A model generated the notes under the pieces. The model saw only the letters and a program-made list of their open reading frames with translations, ran no database searches and had not been told where the DNA came from. From the IMG/VR virus record IMGVR_UViG_3300037400_004242: 64,000 nucleotides of DNA; one strand, given 5' to 3'. Both the position numbers and the translations under genes were made by a program. Every line of letters begins with the position of its first letter. Within the stretch, counting starts at the first letter, position 1. Below, piece after piece: positions 29,340-39,035 of the stretch. This DNA is from a virus. Lineage: Duplodnaviria; Caudoviricetes.

Positions 29340-30119
29340 GTCAGTCACCCGACCTCGGCAAAAAGGAAAATTCCCGTCTTTGACGGAGTTGGCAGAGATG
29401 CCCGTGGAATACCGCCCTCTTTTGGGGGCGGGGTGTTCCATGTACTTGTTAGTTGAAACGTGCTTTAGATGCACTTTTAAGTATATTTGTCTATGTTTTT
29501 AGAAGGAGATTTTTCTGTGGAAATAAATGACAAAAATTTTATTAAAAGGAATATGAAAAAAAACGAAACTGATGAATGGCTAACACCAGAATCAGCAGTT
29601 AGCCCTTTAGTTGAACAACTAAGAAATAAATGCTTTAAAACGATTTGGTGTCCGTTTGATTTAGATGATTCTAACTATGTAAAAGTGCTAAAAGAAAATG
29701 GATTCACAGTTATAAATAGTCATTTAGAAAATGGTCAGGACTTTTTTAGTTATGAACCATCTATTCATTATGATGCAATTGTCAGCAATCCACCTTATAC
29801 ATTAAGAAACGAAGTATTAAAAAGAATTTTTGAATTAAATAAACCGTTTGCTTTGCTACTAAATTATAATGGACTTTTTGATAATCAAAAGCGTTTCAAC
29901 CTCTTTAAAGAAAATGGAATAGAGCTTTTTGTATTAAAAGGAAGAACAGGATTTATTAGACGGTCTAATGGTTTTTGTGCAAAACCTTTGTTTCAGTCAA
30001 TCTATCTTTGTCATAATATTTTTGATGAAAAGATTGTATATCAAGATTAATTTTGTCAAACGGTTAAAGTTTTGTTTAGCCCCACGGCTAAAGGCATGGG
30101 CTTTCGTGCCGCAGAGATA
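29340..30119 (+). mobile_element. Non-autonomous IS200/IS605 (IscB-type ends) element carrying a methyltransferase gene
   Basis: Starts GTCAGTCACCC (compare TTCAGTAACCC at 52411); GC-rich hairpins; ends with CCCACGGCTAAAGGCATGGG hairpin; removal restores an in-frame ORF. Confidence 0.65.
29487..30050 (+). CDS. N6-adenine DNA methyltransferase-like protein (start possibly GTG 29517)
   Basis: DEWLTP, IWCPFD, GQDFF, IVSNPPY catalytic motif. Confidence 0.75.
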   Translation: MSMFLEGDFSVEINDKNFIKRNMKKNETDEWLTPESAVSPLVEQLRNKCFKTIWCPFDLDDSNYVKVLKENGFTVINSHLENGQDFFSYEPSIHYDAIVSNPPYTLRNEVLKRIFELNKPFALLLNYNGLFDNQKRFNLFKENGIELFVLKGRTGFIRRSNGFCAKPLFQSIYLCHNIFDEKIVYQD

Positions 30120-30243
30120 GTGAAAATTCCATTGTAAAACGTTTAGCAAAAAATTTTATAAAATAAGAAAAAAAGACAAGTTATTTTTAAACTTGTCTTA
30201 TTTCTTTTATGTAAGTATATTTTAATAAAGAGGAAGTGGAAAT

Positions 30244-30699
30244 ATGGTAGATAACGTAAAAGTCATGAATCAAACGAAATTAGTTATGGATGCACTATTT
30301 CGATATATAGATGTTAATGATATAACATTTTTTGTATATCGAGTAAAAGATTTTCCTTTAATGAAAACAATAACGGAAAAAATCGTAGGAGATTTCAATA
30401 CATATTCAAATAGGAAAACATATTATGTAGGGTATCTAAAAGGATATAAACGAAACACAAAACTAATTATGTTTACATTATTATTAAATGACAGGAATGT
30501 TTGCGATATAACATATCAGTATGATAGAATCAATAATTTTGTAAAAAATAATTTAAAAGATACAGATATTTTTATGATTAAATTGAACACACAATATACA
30601 GATTATCATGAATTTGTTCGAGACTTTCAAAATAGTGTTCAAGCATATTTATCAGATAGATTTAAAAACAAATTAGAAAGGGAAGATTCTAATGAGTGA
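30244..30699 (+). CDS. Hypothetical protein
   Basis: ORF with RBS; no recognised motif. Confidence 0.55.
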   Translation: MVDNVKVMNQTKLVMDALFRYIDVNDITFFVYRVKDFPLMKTITEKIVGDFNTYSNRKTYYVGYLKGYKRNTKLIMFTLLLNDRNVCDITYQYDRINNFVKNNLKDTDIFMIKLNTQYTDYHEFVRDFQNSVQAYLSDRFKNKLEREDSNE

Positions 30700-30856
30700 A
30701 GTATTAGTATTGCTTGTGATAGCATATTTAATGAATATCATTGTAAATTTTATGACAGATGCAATATGGTTTGTTATATTAACATGTATGTTTTTATGGT
30801 CAATTAATGGGGAATTTACGTTAAGATATTTTTTTGAATATTTAAGAAGTAGGTGA
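30692..30856 (+). CDS. Small membrane protein (54 aa, not in the ORF track)
   Basis: GGGAAG RBS; MSEVLVLLVIAYLMNIIVNFMTDAIWFVILTCMFLW...; overlaps the upstream stop and fills the operon gap. Confidence 0.55.
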   Translation: MSEVLVLLVIAYLMNIIVNFMTDAIWFVILTCMFLWSINGEFTLRYFFEYLRSR

Positions 30857-30862
30857 ATAGAC

Positions 30863-32695
30863 GTGGAATTTAATTCCGTAGAGCAAGTAAAGAAATATTT
30901 AAAAGAAAAAGATTTAGATTTTAATGATTTTAAATATGCAACAGATTTTTATTTTGATGAAGATGGAGCAGAATATAATCGTTTTTTTGAAGCTGTTTAT
31001 CCAATGGAATTTATTGATTTCGATAAGAATGAACAAATTTTAAAAGATATTGAAAAAAGCACAATAGATGATTTAGTAGATTATGAAATAAAGAGAAATA
31101 AAGATAAATTTCAAAATGAATATTCTGCATGGATACAAAATGAAGCGAATGTAAATGAAAAATTTACTTTTTCAGATGACTGTCTAAAAGAAATTGTAAA
31201 AGGTTATATTCATGATAGTGCATTTACCAATGGATTTAAGCAAGAAAAGAAAAAATATTATGATTATTTTGAAGCTGAAATTGGAAATGATGACTATAAA
31301 TATGTAGATGAAGAAAAAACAGATAAAACATATCAAAGTGCATCTGCATTGGATGAAGCAGATGATTCTATTGGAGATACCCATAAAATAGATTTTGGAT
31401 TTGATGTACAAGATAGAGATTATGCTTTCATTTATTTAGATGGAGATATAATTAAAGGAAAATTAAATCAAACACATGCGCAGATTTTAAAAGATTATTT
31501 AAAAAACAATGATAAAGAAGATTTAATTCCTGAAGACTTAAAAGATGGTGGAGATGTAGGAGATAGTAGACCGAGCATGAAACGTATGCAACGATTAACA
31601 GGGGAAGAAAATGTTGCATTTGGTAATGTTATTGGGAAAGTTGCTTTTATTGAAGTCGTAAATGGAATAGATGAAAATGAAGTAGCAAAAGAATGTATGA
31701 ATCAGTTGAATATTGATAAAGTATATTTTGCAAGTCATGCGAACAAAATGGTAAAACGTTTGGCAAAATGGGCAGTTGCAAGTAATATAAAATTTTCAAA
31801 TATAAATGATTTAAAAGATTACTTGGGTGCTGATTATAAAACATTCTTGAACGCACCTGCATGTATTCATAAAGACGGAATTATACAAGTTTTTGATATG
31901 TTATTCCCGACATCGAAGCGTAATAAAGATAGAAGTTTGAATGATAATGCATATCAAGGTGTAAATGAATTTGAACAAGGGCAATATATTCAAGGCATTT
32001 TTAAAAACAACATGTTGTTGAATCAATACAATGCATGGCTAAAAAAATACAATAGTTCTGATAATCTTTCGATTGATGAAAATTGTTTGGATGAAGTTAC
32101 AGATGATATGGTAGAAAATACCAATTTTGAAAATGAATTTAAAAGTGCAAAAAAAACATTTATTGTTGACCATGAGCAAGGATACCCAGGGTTTGGAGAA
32201 AATGGGTATAAAGGTATCAATGAAGATAAAGACAATGAAGTAGAAAAATTTAAAGATGTTCCAACCTTAGATGATAAAGTTGGAGATGTAACATATGTTA
32301 CAAAAGATTATGAACTTGATGTTGGAACACGAGATGGAGCATTTTTATATATTGATGGACAAATTTTGAAAGGTGGGAAAAATGAAACACACGCACAGCT
32401 ACTACAGAAATATATGGAAGAGGAAGGGAAAAAAGACGAAATCCCTGAAGACTTGGTACAAAATAATCAAGAAAATAGCAGACCGAGCGAAATCCGAATG
32501 AAACGTTTAACAGAAACTGAAGATGTTGCATTTGGAAGTCTTTTGAAGAATATTGCATTTATTGAAGTGTTTGAAAATGGTGCAGATGAAAATACTGTTG
32601 CTCAGGCTTGCATGAAAGAATTAGGCGTAAAAAAAGTATACTTCTTAGATGATAAGAATGTGCTGAAACGTCTTGCAAAATGGAATTGCTATTAA
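30863..32695 (+). CDS. Acidic tandem-duplicated protein (two ~300-aa units, each ending KRLAKW)
   Basis: Repeated RD.AF.Y.DG.I.KG...THAQ.L...RPS..RM.RLT..E.VAFG...AFIEV...KVYF...KRLAKW. Confidence 0.7.
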   Translation: MEFNSVEQVKKYLKEKDLDFNDFKYATDFYFDEDGAEYNRFFEAVYPMEFIDFDKNEQILKDIEKSTIDDLVDYEIKRNKDKFQNEYSAWIQNEANVNEKFTFSDDCLKEIVKGYIHDSAFTNGFKQEKKKYYDYFEAEIGNDDYKYVDEEKTDKTYQSASALDEADDSIGDTHKIDFGFDVQDRDYAFIYLDGDIIKGKLNQTHAQILKDYLKNNDKEDLIPEDLKDGGDVGDSRPSMKRMQRLTGEENVAFGNVIGKVAFIEVVNGIDENEVAKECMNQLNIDKVYFASHANKMVKRLAKWAVASNIKFSNINDLKDYLGADYKTFLNAPACIHKDGIIQVFDMLFPTSKRNKDRSLNDNAYQGVNEFEQGQYIQGIFKNNMLLNQYNAWLKKYNSSDNLSIDENCLDEVTDDMVENTNFENEFKSAKKTFIVDHEQGYPGFGENGYKGINEDKDNEVEKFKDVPTLDDKVGDVTYVTKDYELDVGTRDGAFLYIDGQILKGGKNETHAQLLQKYMEEEGKKDEIPEDLVQNNQENSRPSEIRMKRLTETEDVAFGSLLKNIAFIEVFENGADENTVAQACMKELGVKKVYFLDDKNVLKRLAKWNCY

Positions 32696-32704
32696 TATAA
32701 TATA

Positions 32705-32733
32705 AAGATAGGTTGTAGATAGCCTATCTTTTT
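32705..32733 (+). terminator. Intrinsic terminator
   Basis: AAAGATAGGTT-gtaga-TAGCCTATCTTTTT. Confidence 0.6.
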
Positions 32734-32765
32734 CTATTTTGTTTATAGAAATATTTTAGAAGGAC

Positions 32766-33563
32766 GTGAATAAAATGGAAGATATTTACATTATGGATAT
32801 AGATGAATTAAAAGAATTGTTAAAAAATAATTATAACCAATGTTTAAAAAATATTGATAAAAATTCTAATATGAAAAAATATTTTAGTGAAGATTATTTG
32901 AAAAATTATTTTTCAAAAGTGGATAAAGAAAATCCTGATGGAGATATAGATTTATATGTTTATAATTTAATGGATGAATTGGATTTTAGATATACATGTG
33001 AAGATAACATAGGTGCGTATATAGATGATGAATTTGAAATGGCAGATGATTTACCTGATGATATACTAGCAGAATTATCAGATGAATATGGATATTATCA
33101 AAATTATTTAAAATGTAAAGATAAATATTTCCCCGATACAATAGAATATATGGAGGATTTGAAGAATAAAAAAGATAATATTGGAGAAAGTACTTTTTTA
33201 ACATATAAAATTGATTATGGAAATCGAGAATATCCATTTGTTTATGTAGATGGAAAAATATACAAAGGTAAATCTATGGAGACTCATACACAATTAGTTG
33301 AACGTGTGTTTTTAAAGCAAAAACCAAATGATGATGACATAACACGTTTGGATAATAATGAAATGGAAAAAGATGTAGGTTCGGATGTATTTGCTTTTGG
33401 TCATATATGTCAAGAGATGGCATTTATAGATAATAATTTATCAAATTGTACAAAAGAAGAAGTAGCAGATGCATTAAAATCACAGACAAATGTAAATAAA
33501 GTGTATTATTATGATTATAGTGATAAACAAGTAACGCGACTTGCTAAATTAAAAACTGTATGA
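32766..33563 (+). CDS. Third copy of the same acidic domain (ends TRLAKLKTV)
   Basis: REYPFVYVDGKIYKG..ETHTQL...FAFGH...AFID...KVYY...RLAK. Confidence 0.7.
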   Translation: MNKMEDIYIMDIDELKELLKNNYNQCLKNIDKNSNMKKYFSEDYLKNYFSKVDKENPDGDIDLYVYNLMDELDFRYTCEDNIGAYIDDEFEMADDLPDDILAELSDEYGYYQNYLKCKDKYFPDTIEYMEDLKNKKDNIGESTFLTYKIDYGNREYPFVYVDGKIYKGKSMETHTQLVERVFLKQKPNDDDITRLDNNEMEKDVGSDVFAFGHICQEMAFIDNNLSNCTKEEVADALKSQTNVNKVYYYDYSDKQVTRLAKLKTV

Positions 33564-33576
33564 AAGGAAAGATTTA

Positions 33577-34755
33577 ATGAAGCGTTTAGGAATGAATAAA
33601 ATGACAGTTGTGTATTCACAAGAGCCTTTTCCAAAAGATGAAATGAAATCTATATTTTTAGCTGGTCCAGTACCTAGAAAAGAATATGAATTATCATGGA
33701 AAAATGAAGCATTAGAAATTTTGGATTCAATGGGATATAATGGCGTTGTATATATTCCTGAAAATAGAAATCCTGAACAAAAAGAAGGGAACTTTGATTT
33801 GCAAGCGCAATTAGATTGGGAATATACTTGTATGTGTGCTTGTGATGCTATTGTATTTTGGATTCCTAGAGAAATGCGTTCGGATTTTGAAATGATTGGA
33901 TTAACAACAAATGTAGAATTTGGTCGTTTTCTTAATTCAAATAAACTGTTTTGTGGTTGTCCTGATGAAGCACCAAGAATGGAATATTTGAAATTAATTT
34001 CAAGAGATAAGTATGAGTGGCATAATACACTTGAAGATACTTTGAAATCTGTGGTACAATATTTAGGTAGAGGAATGTATCGAGAAGATGAAGAAATAAA
34101 AATTCCTTTGCATATATACAAATCAAAACAATTTCAGAATTGGTATAAACAACAATTAAATGTAGGAAATTATTTAACTGGTTTTAATATGGAATATGAA
34201 TTTGTTATGCCAAAAGCAAAACAAATGTTTTTAGAGATTTTTCATCCATCGGTTTATATAGCAAAAGAAGATAGAGTAAAAGATAATGAATTTGTAGTGG
34301 CAAGAACGGATATGAGTTATATTCTTGCTTATTATAAGAAAGAAGATATAATGGATTCAGAAATTGTTTTATGTGAAGAATTTCGTAGTCCGATAAACAA
34401 CAATGAAGAAATGGTTTTTGAATTACCAGGTGGTAGTTCTCTTAATCCAAACGATGATGTTCTTTCGACTGCTTCTAAAGAATTAGAAGAAGAAACAGGG
34501 TTAAAATTAGATAAAAATCGTTTTGAACAAGTAGCATTAAAACAAAGCGCTGCTACATTGTGTTCTCATAAGATAGCTTTATTTAGAGTGGAATTAACAG
34601 AAGAAGAAATCAATTCGCTTAAAAAAGATAATAGTATTCATGGCGTAATCGAAGATACAGAACGAATTCATTTACACGTAATGAAGGTATCTGAAGCATT
34701 GGATATGGTAGATTGGACAAATACAGGTATGATATTAAATGGAATAAAGGAATGA
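33577..34755 (+). CDS. Nucleoside 2-deoxyribosyltransferase-like domain fused to a NUDIX hydrolase
   Basis: SIFLAGP...Q.DWE...DAIVFWIPR..TTNVEFG; NUDIX box ELPGG...A.KELEEETG. Confidence 0.8.
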   Translation: MKRLGMNKMTVVYSQEPFPKDEMKSIFLAGPVPRKEYELSWKNEALEILDSMGYNGVVYIPENRNPEQKEGNFDLQAQLDWEYTCMCACDAIVFWIPREMRSDFEMIGLTTNVEFGRFLNSNKLFCGCPDEAPRMEYLKLISRDKYEWHNTLEDTLKSVVQYLGRGMYREDEEIKIPLHIYKSKQFQNWYKQQLNVGNYLTGFNMEYEFVMPKAKQMFLEIFHPSVYIAKEDRVKDNEFVVARTDMSYILAYYKKEDIMDSEIVLCEEFRSPINNNEEMVFELPGGSSLNPNDDVLSTASKELEEETGLKLDKNRFEQVALKQSAATLCSHKIALFRVELTEEEINSLKKDNSIHGVIEDTERIHLHVMKVSEALDMVDWTNTGMILNGIKE

Positions 34756-34759
34756 AATT

Positions 34760-35875
34760 ATGTTAAAACATTTAAATTTTCATATTAATCAGATTTATTT
34801 AATGATGGGGTATCAATGTAATTTAAAATGTAAATATTGTATTGAACATAATGTAGTAAATCATGCGATGCCAAAGGAAATTAATCCACAGATTGTTGAT
34901 TGGATGATAGATATTGCTCAAAATATAGGTGGTTTTAATGTATTATTTTGGGGTGGTGAACCACTTGTATATTTTGATACTATGAAAAAAGTTGTTGAAA
35001 TGATAAAAGAAAAAGATATAAATCATAATATTTCTTTTTCGATGGTAACAAATGGAAAATTGCTAAATGATAAGACGATTCCGTGGATAAAAGAAAATTT
35101 AAAAGGTTTTGGTTTGTCGTGGGATGGAAGGAATACAGAAAGAACTCGTGGATATGATGTTATCAAGGAGAATAAAGAAAATTTATTTAAATTAGATGAT
35201 TGGGGATTTACAGGAGTTCTTTCTTCTTTTAATTATCCAAAAGATTACTTAGATGACTGTTATGAAATTGAGAAAGAATATGGAAAAGAAATCCATGTAA
35301 ATATAGACAATCTTATGCAATATGAAGATTTACCTGATGCAGAATTAAAAAAGTTTGATGAAAGTAAGTTTTATGGTCAAATGCGAGATATTTGCGATGC
35401 GTATATTGATTACTATATGAATGGTACAGAAATAAATCCAAATTATATACGTTGGATAGAAGAAGAATTTCAACGTATTGCAGAAGGAAAAAAAATAACG
35501 CGCTTGTATTGTGGAAACGGTGGAGAAAATATTAATTTAGATTTACAGGGAAATCTTTATTGCTGTCATGGTGATATAGACCCTGTTGGAACGATTAATG
35601 ATAATTATTTTGATGTGTTAAAGAACATTAATGATAAAGATAATACAATTCAACATGGTATAGATGGATGTAATGAATGTCCTGTACAAGTAATGTGTAG
35701 AAATGGATGCCCAAAAGTTCCGCAACATTCTAGGGATGAATTTTACTGTACAATGAATAATTTAAGATTTTATCCAATTTTAGAAACATATTATGAAATT
35801 GAGCGACTAAAAGGAGAAGAATTTTTTCAGAAGTTACAAGAGAGCAAGAAATTTATGGAGAGAGAAATTAAATGA
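34760..35875 (+). CDS. Radical SAM/SPASM enzyme (locus I, A)
   Basis: CNLKCKYC, FWGGEP, TNG, SWDG; SPASM CGNG..DLQGNLYCCH...CNECPVQVMCRNGCP..C. Confidence 0.9.
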   Translation: MLKHLNFHINQIYLMMGYQCNLKCKYCIEHNVVNHAMPKEINPQIVDWMIDIAQNIGGFNVLFWGGEPLVYFDTMKKVVEMIKEKDINHNISFSMVTNGKLLNDKTIPWIKENLKGFGLSWDGRNTERTRGYDVIKENKENLFKLDDWGFTGVLSSFNYPKDYLDDCYEIEKEYGKEIHVNIDNLMQYEDLPDAELKKFDESKFYGQMRDICDAYIDYYMNGTEINPNYIRWIEEEFQRIAEGKKITRLYCGNGGENINLDLQGNLYCCHGDIDPVGTINDNYFDVLKNINDKDNTIQHGIDGCNECPVQVMCRNGCPKVPQHSRDEFYCTMNNLRFYPILETYYEIERLKGEEFFQKLQESKKFMEREIK

Positions 35876-36963
35876 GAAATTTTCTTAAATCAAATATATC
35901 TAATATCTTTATTATGCTTGGACATGAGTGCAATTTACAATGTAAATATTGCTTACAACATGACGTAGTAAATGTTGCTCTAGATAAAAAAATTAATCCT
36001 GATATTTATTATTTTATTAATGATGTTGCTCGTAGTCAAGAAAATAGAGTTGGTTTACAATTCTATGGTGGTGAACCGCTTGTATTTTTTGATAAAATAA
36101 AAGAATTTGTGAATGGTTTACAAGAACATAATGTTCCTAATAATGTTTACTGCACGATGATTACGAATGGTAAATTATTAGATGAGGAAAAAGTAAAATA
36201 TATTAATCAGAATTTTTCTCATGTTACTATTAGTTGGGATGGAAGAAATTCTATTAAAACTCGTGGATATGATGTTATTAAAGAAAACAAAGAAAACATT
36301 TTTAAATTAAAGAGTTTCAATTTTTCAGGTGTACTTTCTTCATATAATTACATTAAAGACTATTTAGAAGATTGTGAACAAGTAAATCGTGATTATGTAG
36401 AAAATTATTATGGAAGAACATTGTACTTTAATGTTGATGATTTACTTGATGTAAATATGCAAAATCAAGATTTAAAAAATATTGATTTAGACATGGCGGC
36501 AATACAGATGAATGAATTGTGTGAAGAATATTATAATTTTGTCACGCAACATCAACCGATTAGTGTGATTCGTAAGCGATATATTGAGGAAAAAATAAAT
36601 TTCTTGCGTTCAAGTGTAAAGTCAAAACAATATCAGCCAATTCGTGATAGATGCGGAAATGGTTGTGAAGTTTTGAATATGGATTTAAGTGGTAATCTTT
36701 ATAAGTGTCATAATACAGATGATAAATTGGGAACAATTTATGACAATTATTTTGATTATATGAAAAAAGTTTTTGAATTGGATAAGGTAAATGAAAACTC
36801 AAAACGTTGTAATGAATGTCCTGTACAATTGATGTGTAGAAATGGATGCCCTCTTGTTGGAAAAGAAGCAAGAGAAGGATATTATTGTAACATGATTGTT
36901 TTTATGAATTACCCAATCATAAAACTTGTAGAAAAATTGGGTGGTGAAATAGATGTCAATTGA
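35872..36963 (+). CDS. Radical SAM/SPASM enzyme (locus I, B; paralog of A)
   Basis: CNLQCKYC, FYGGEP, SWDG; CGNG..DLSGNLYKCH...CNECPVQLMCRNGCP. Confidence 0.9.
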   Translation: MRNFLKSNISNIFIMLGHECNLQCKYCLQHDVVNVALDKKINPDIYYFINDVARSQENRVGLQFYGGEPLVFFDKIKEFVNGLQEHNVPNNVYCTMITNGKLLDEEKVKYINQNFSHVTISWDGRNSIKTRGYDVIKENKENIFKLKSFNFSGVLSSYNYIKDYLEDCEQVNRDYVENYYGRTLYFNVDDLLDVNMQNQDLKNIDLDMAAIQMNELCEEYYNFVTQHQPISVIRKRYIEEKINFLRSSVKSKQYQPIRDRCGNGCEVLNMDLSGNLYKCHNTDDKLGTIYDNYFDYMKKVFELDKVNENSKRCNECPVQLMCRNGCPLVGKEAREGYYCNMIVFMNYPIIKLVEKLGGEIDVN

Positions 36964-37687
36964 ATATACTGCGCCAATATCGAATAAAGAAAATCCTGCT
37001 TTAAAAGTAACAAAGTTTGAACCAATGATAGGTTGGGACCCAAGTACACGAATTGTTAATAAAGTAGATTTAAATGCGATTGACCAAGCAATTACAAGAT
37101 TGGAGAAAATTAAGTCTCATGTACAGAATTGTGATTGCTTTGATGTTGTTACTTGTCAAACAATTTCTTGTCAGGAATGGACAAAGGGAACAGGAAACTG
37201 TAATTGGCAAAAATGTCAATCTGCAAAAGAATGTATAGATTATATTGAATTTGGTACATATGCAGGAACAGATATGGATAAGCCTATTTCTGCACCAGGC
37301 AAGTGGACACCAACAACTGCAAAAGGTGGTACAAGTCCAAAACCTGAGTATGAAATTAGTAAAACTCCAACAGGTTCTTCTACTCCTTTTCGTAGAAAAG
37401 CATATACATGTCAGGAAATGTCTTGCCAATTTATAACTTGTCAAACAATTATTTGTCAAAGTGGTTTACTTTGTCAGACTTGCCAATCTTGTGAAAGATG
37501 TCAAGTTTGTGAAAGTTGTGAATCTGAATGTTTATGTCAAACTTGTCAGATATGTCAAGATAAAACAATTCCACATAATGACTGTCAAAAGAAATATTGT
37601 CAAGATTGTCAGACGTGTCAAAATTTGATTTGTGAAAATGTAAAGTGCCAAGCGTATTTTACGGATGGTAAAGATTTACCAAATTAA
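36953..37687 (+). CDS. Cys-rich C(Q/E)-repeat protein, putative radical SAM substrate
   Basis: About 27 Cys, most followed by Gln or Glu (CQTCQSCERCQVCESC); overlaps the stop of the upstream SPASM gene. Confidence 0.7.
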   Translation: MSIEYTAPISNKENPALKVTKFEPMIGWDPSTRIVNKVDLNAIDQAITRLEKIKSHVQNCDCFDVVTCQTISCQEWTKGTGNCNWQKCQSAKECIDYIEFGTYAGTDMDKPISAPGKWTPTTAKGGTSPKPEYEISKTPTGSSTPFRRKAYTCQEMSCQFITCQTIICQSGLLCQTCQSCERCQVCESCESECLCQTCQICQDKTIPHNDCQKKYCQDCQTCQNLICENVKCQAYFTDGKDLPN

Positions 37688-37729
37688 AAAACTTATACTT
37701 CATATTTAAAAATTAGAGATAAATATGAG

Positions 37730-38086
37730 GTGATTTTAATGGAAGAACAGTCTACACAACCAGTACAACAACAACCTGTTCAAGCTCCGATGCAATCAAA
37801 GTTTTCAAATTTTTTTCATAGTATTATGTCTGTGGATGAAACACGAGTATCTGTATTGATGATAGGATTTATGTTATCATTATTTTTTGGTGGATATATG
37901 TATTTGTCAACGGGTGCATTAAGTCAAGTTTGGGCAGATATTGTTGAAACATTGATTTTTGCAGTTGCAGGTATCAATGCTGTTAATAGTGTCGTTGGTG
38001 GGAATAATAAAATTGGTCAGATATTGAGGGGAGCAACAAATAATCCACCTCCACCACCAATGCCACCAAGAGAGGAAAGAAAGTAA
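37730..38086 (+). CDS. Two-TM membrane protein (holin-like)
   Basis: Two hydrophobic helices and a Pro-rich, charged C-terminus. Confidence 0.4.
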   Translation: MILMEEQSTQPVQQQPVQAPMQSKFSNFFHSIMSVDETRVSVLMIGFMLSLFFGGYMYLSTGALSQVWADIVETLIFAVAGINAVNSVVGGNNKIGQILRGATNNPPPPPMPPREERK

Positions 38087-38156
38087 GGTTATGTATTTTT
38101 TAGGGAATTTTTAATAAATTCCCTTTTTATTTATGTTTAAAAGAAGGTTCTAGAAT

Positions 38157-38954
38157 ATGAAGAATACAAAATGTCCATATCTTGAAATTCAATGTGAAAA
38201 TTTAGTTTGTGATTGTCCGAAATATAAAGCATATGTGGATGCGAAAGACCCAGTTATTTTTCAACAAGTAATGGACGAAAATCATTTTGATACATCGTTA
38301 TTAGATTTTGATTTAATTATGCAGATGCAAAAGTCTTTTGCTAGTCGTATGAGAAAAATGGATGGATTGACAAAGCGTGAAATTGATAAATGGGTAGATA
38401 AATATCTTGTATGTATTGAAGATGAAATTCGAGAAGTACGAGAACACTTGGATTTATATGGAGAAGAAAAAAAATATGATTCTGAAGTTGATAAAGTTTT
38501 AGAATTAAAAAAAGAAGTTATTGATATTCTTCATTTTATGATGGAACTTTTTATTATCGGAAATGCAGATAAGAATGTAATTAAAAAATATTATTGTAAT
38601 TTTTATCAAGCAGATGCTTCTAATGGAGATTTAATTGATGAAGCATATAAAAAACAAAAAAATACAATTAAAAAATATTTGAACACAAAGAATGATGCAT
38701 CGTTAGATATTACGGTATTAAAAGCTAGTTGTCGTTTATCAGATGCTTGTGCATTAGTACGTCAGCAAATCTCTTGGAAACATTGGAAAAAACCAAGTAA
38801 ATTTATTGATTACGATAAATTATATCATGCATATGCAGTTGTATTCCATGAATTTATTAATTTGTGTATTTTAACTATGAAAGAGAATGAAATTAAAGAT
38901 ATTTATGTAAAGAAAAATGTAGAGAATATTCTTCGTCAGAAATATGGATATTAA
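38157..38954 (+). CDS. Dimeric (all-alpha) dUTPase-like pyrophosphatase
   Basis: Q..F..R, EDEIRE, ELKKEVIDILHF, WKHWKK, Y..KN.EN..RQ.YGY. Confidence 0.75.
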   Translation: MKNTKCPYLEIQCENLVCDCPKYKAYVDAKDPVIFQQVMDENHFDTSLLDFDLIMQMQKSFASRMRKMDGLTKREIDKWVDKYLVCIEDEIREVREHLDLYGEEKKYDSEVDKVLELKKEVIDILHFMMELFIIGNADKNVIKKYYCNFYQADASNGDLIDEAYKKQKNTIKKYLNTKNDASLDITVLKASCRLSDACALVRQQISWKHWKKPSKFIDYDKLYHAYAVVFHEFINLCILTMKENEIKDIYVKKNVENILRQKYGY

Positions 38955-38965
38955 TAAAAAGAAGA

Positions 38966-38995
38966 TTGACAAGCATTTTTGTATTGATGTATAAT
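38966..38995 (+). promoter_or_regulatory. sigmaA-type promoter for the helicase gene
   Basis: TTGACA-18 nt-TATAAT. Confidence 0.65.
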
Positions 38996-39035
38996 ATAGA
39001 TAAGAGAATCAACGGAGATAAAAGGAGATATAAAA

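Noticed and set aside
29157-29474. Minus-strand 105-aa ORF
   Set aside because: It spans the insertion junction and the antisense of a real gene; likely a chance frame.
36953-37687. Multiheme cytochrome or ferredoxin
   Set aside because: No CxxCH motifs and no ferredoxin CxxCxxCxxxCP pattern. A metallothionein-like metal-binding role is not excluded.
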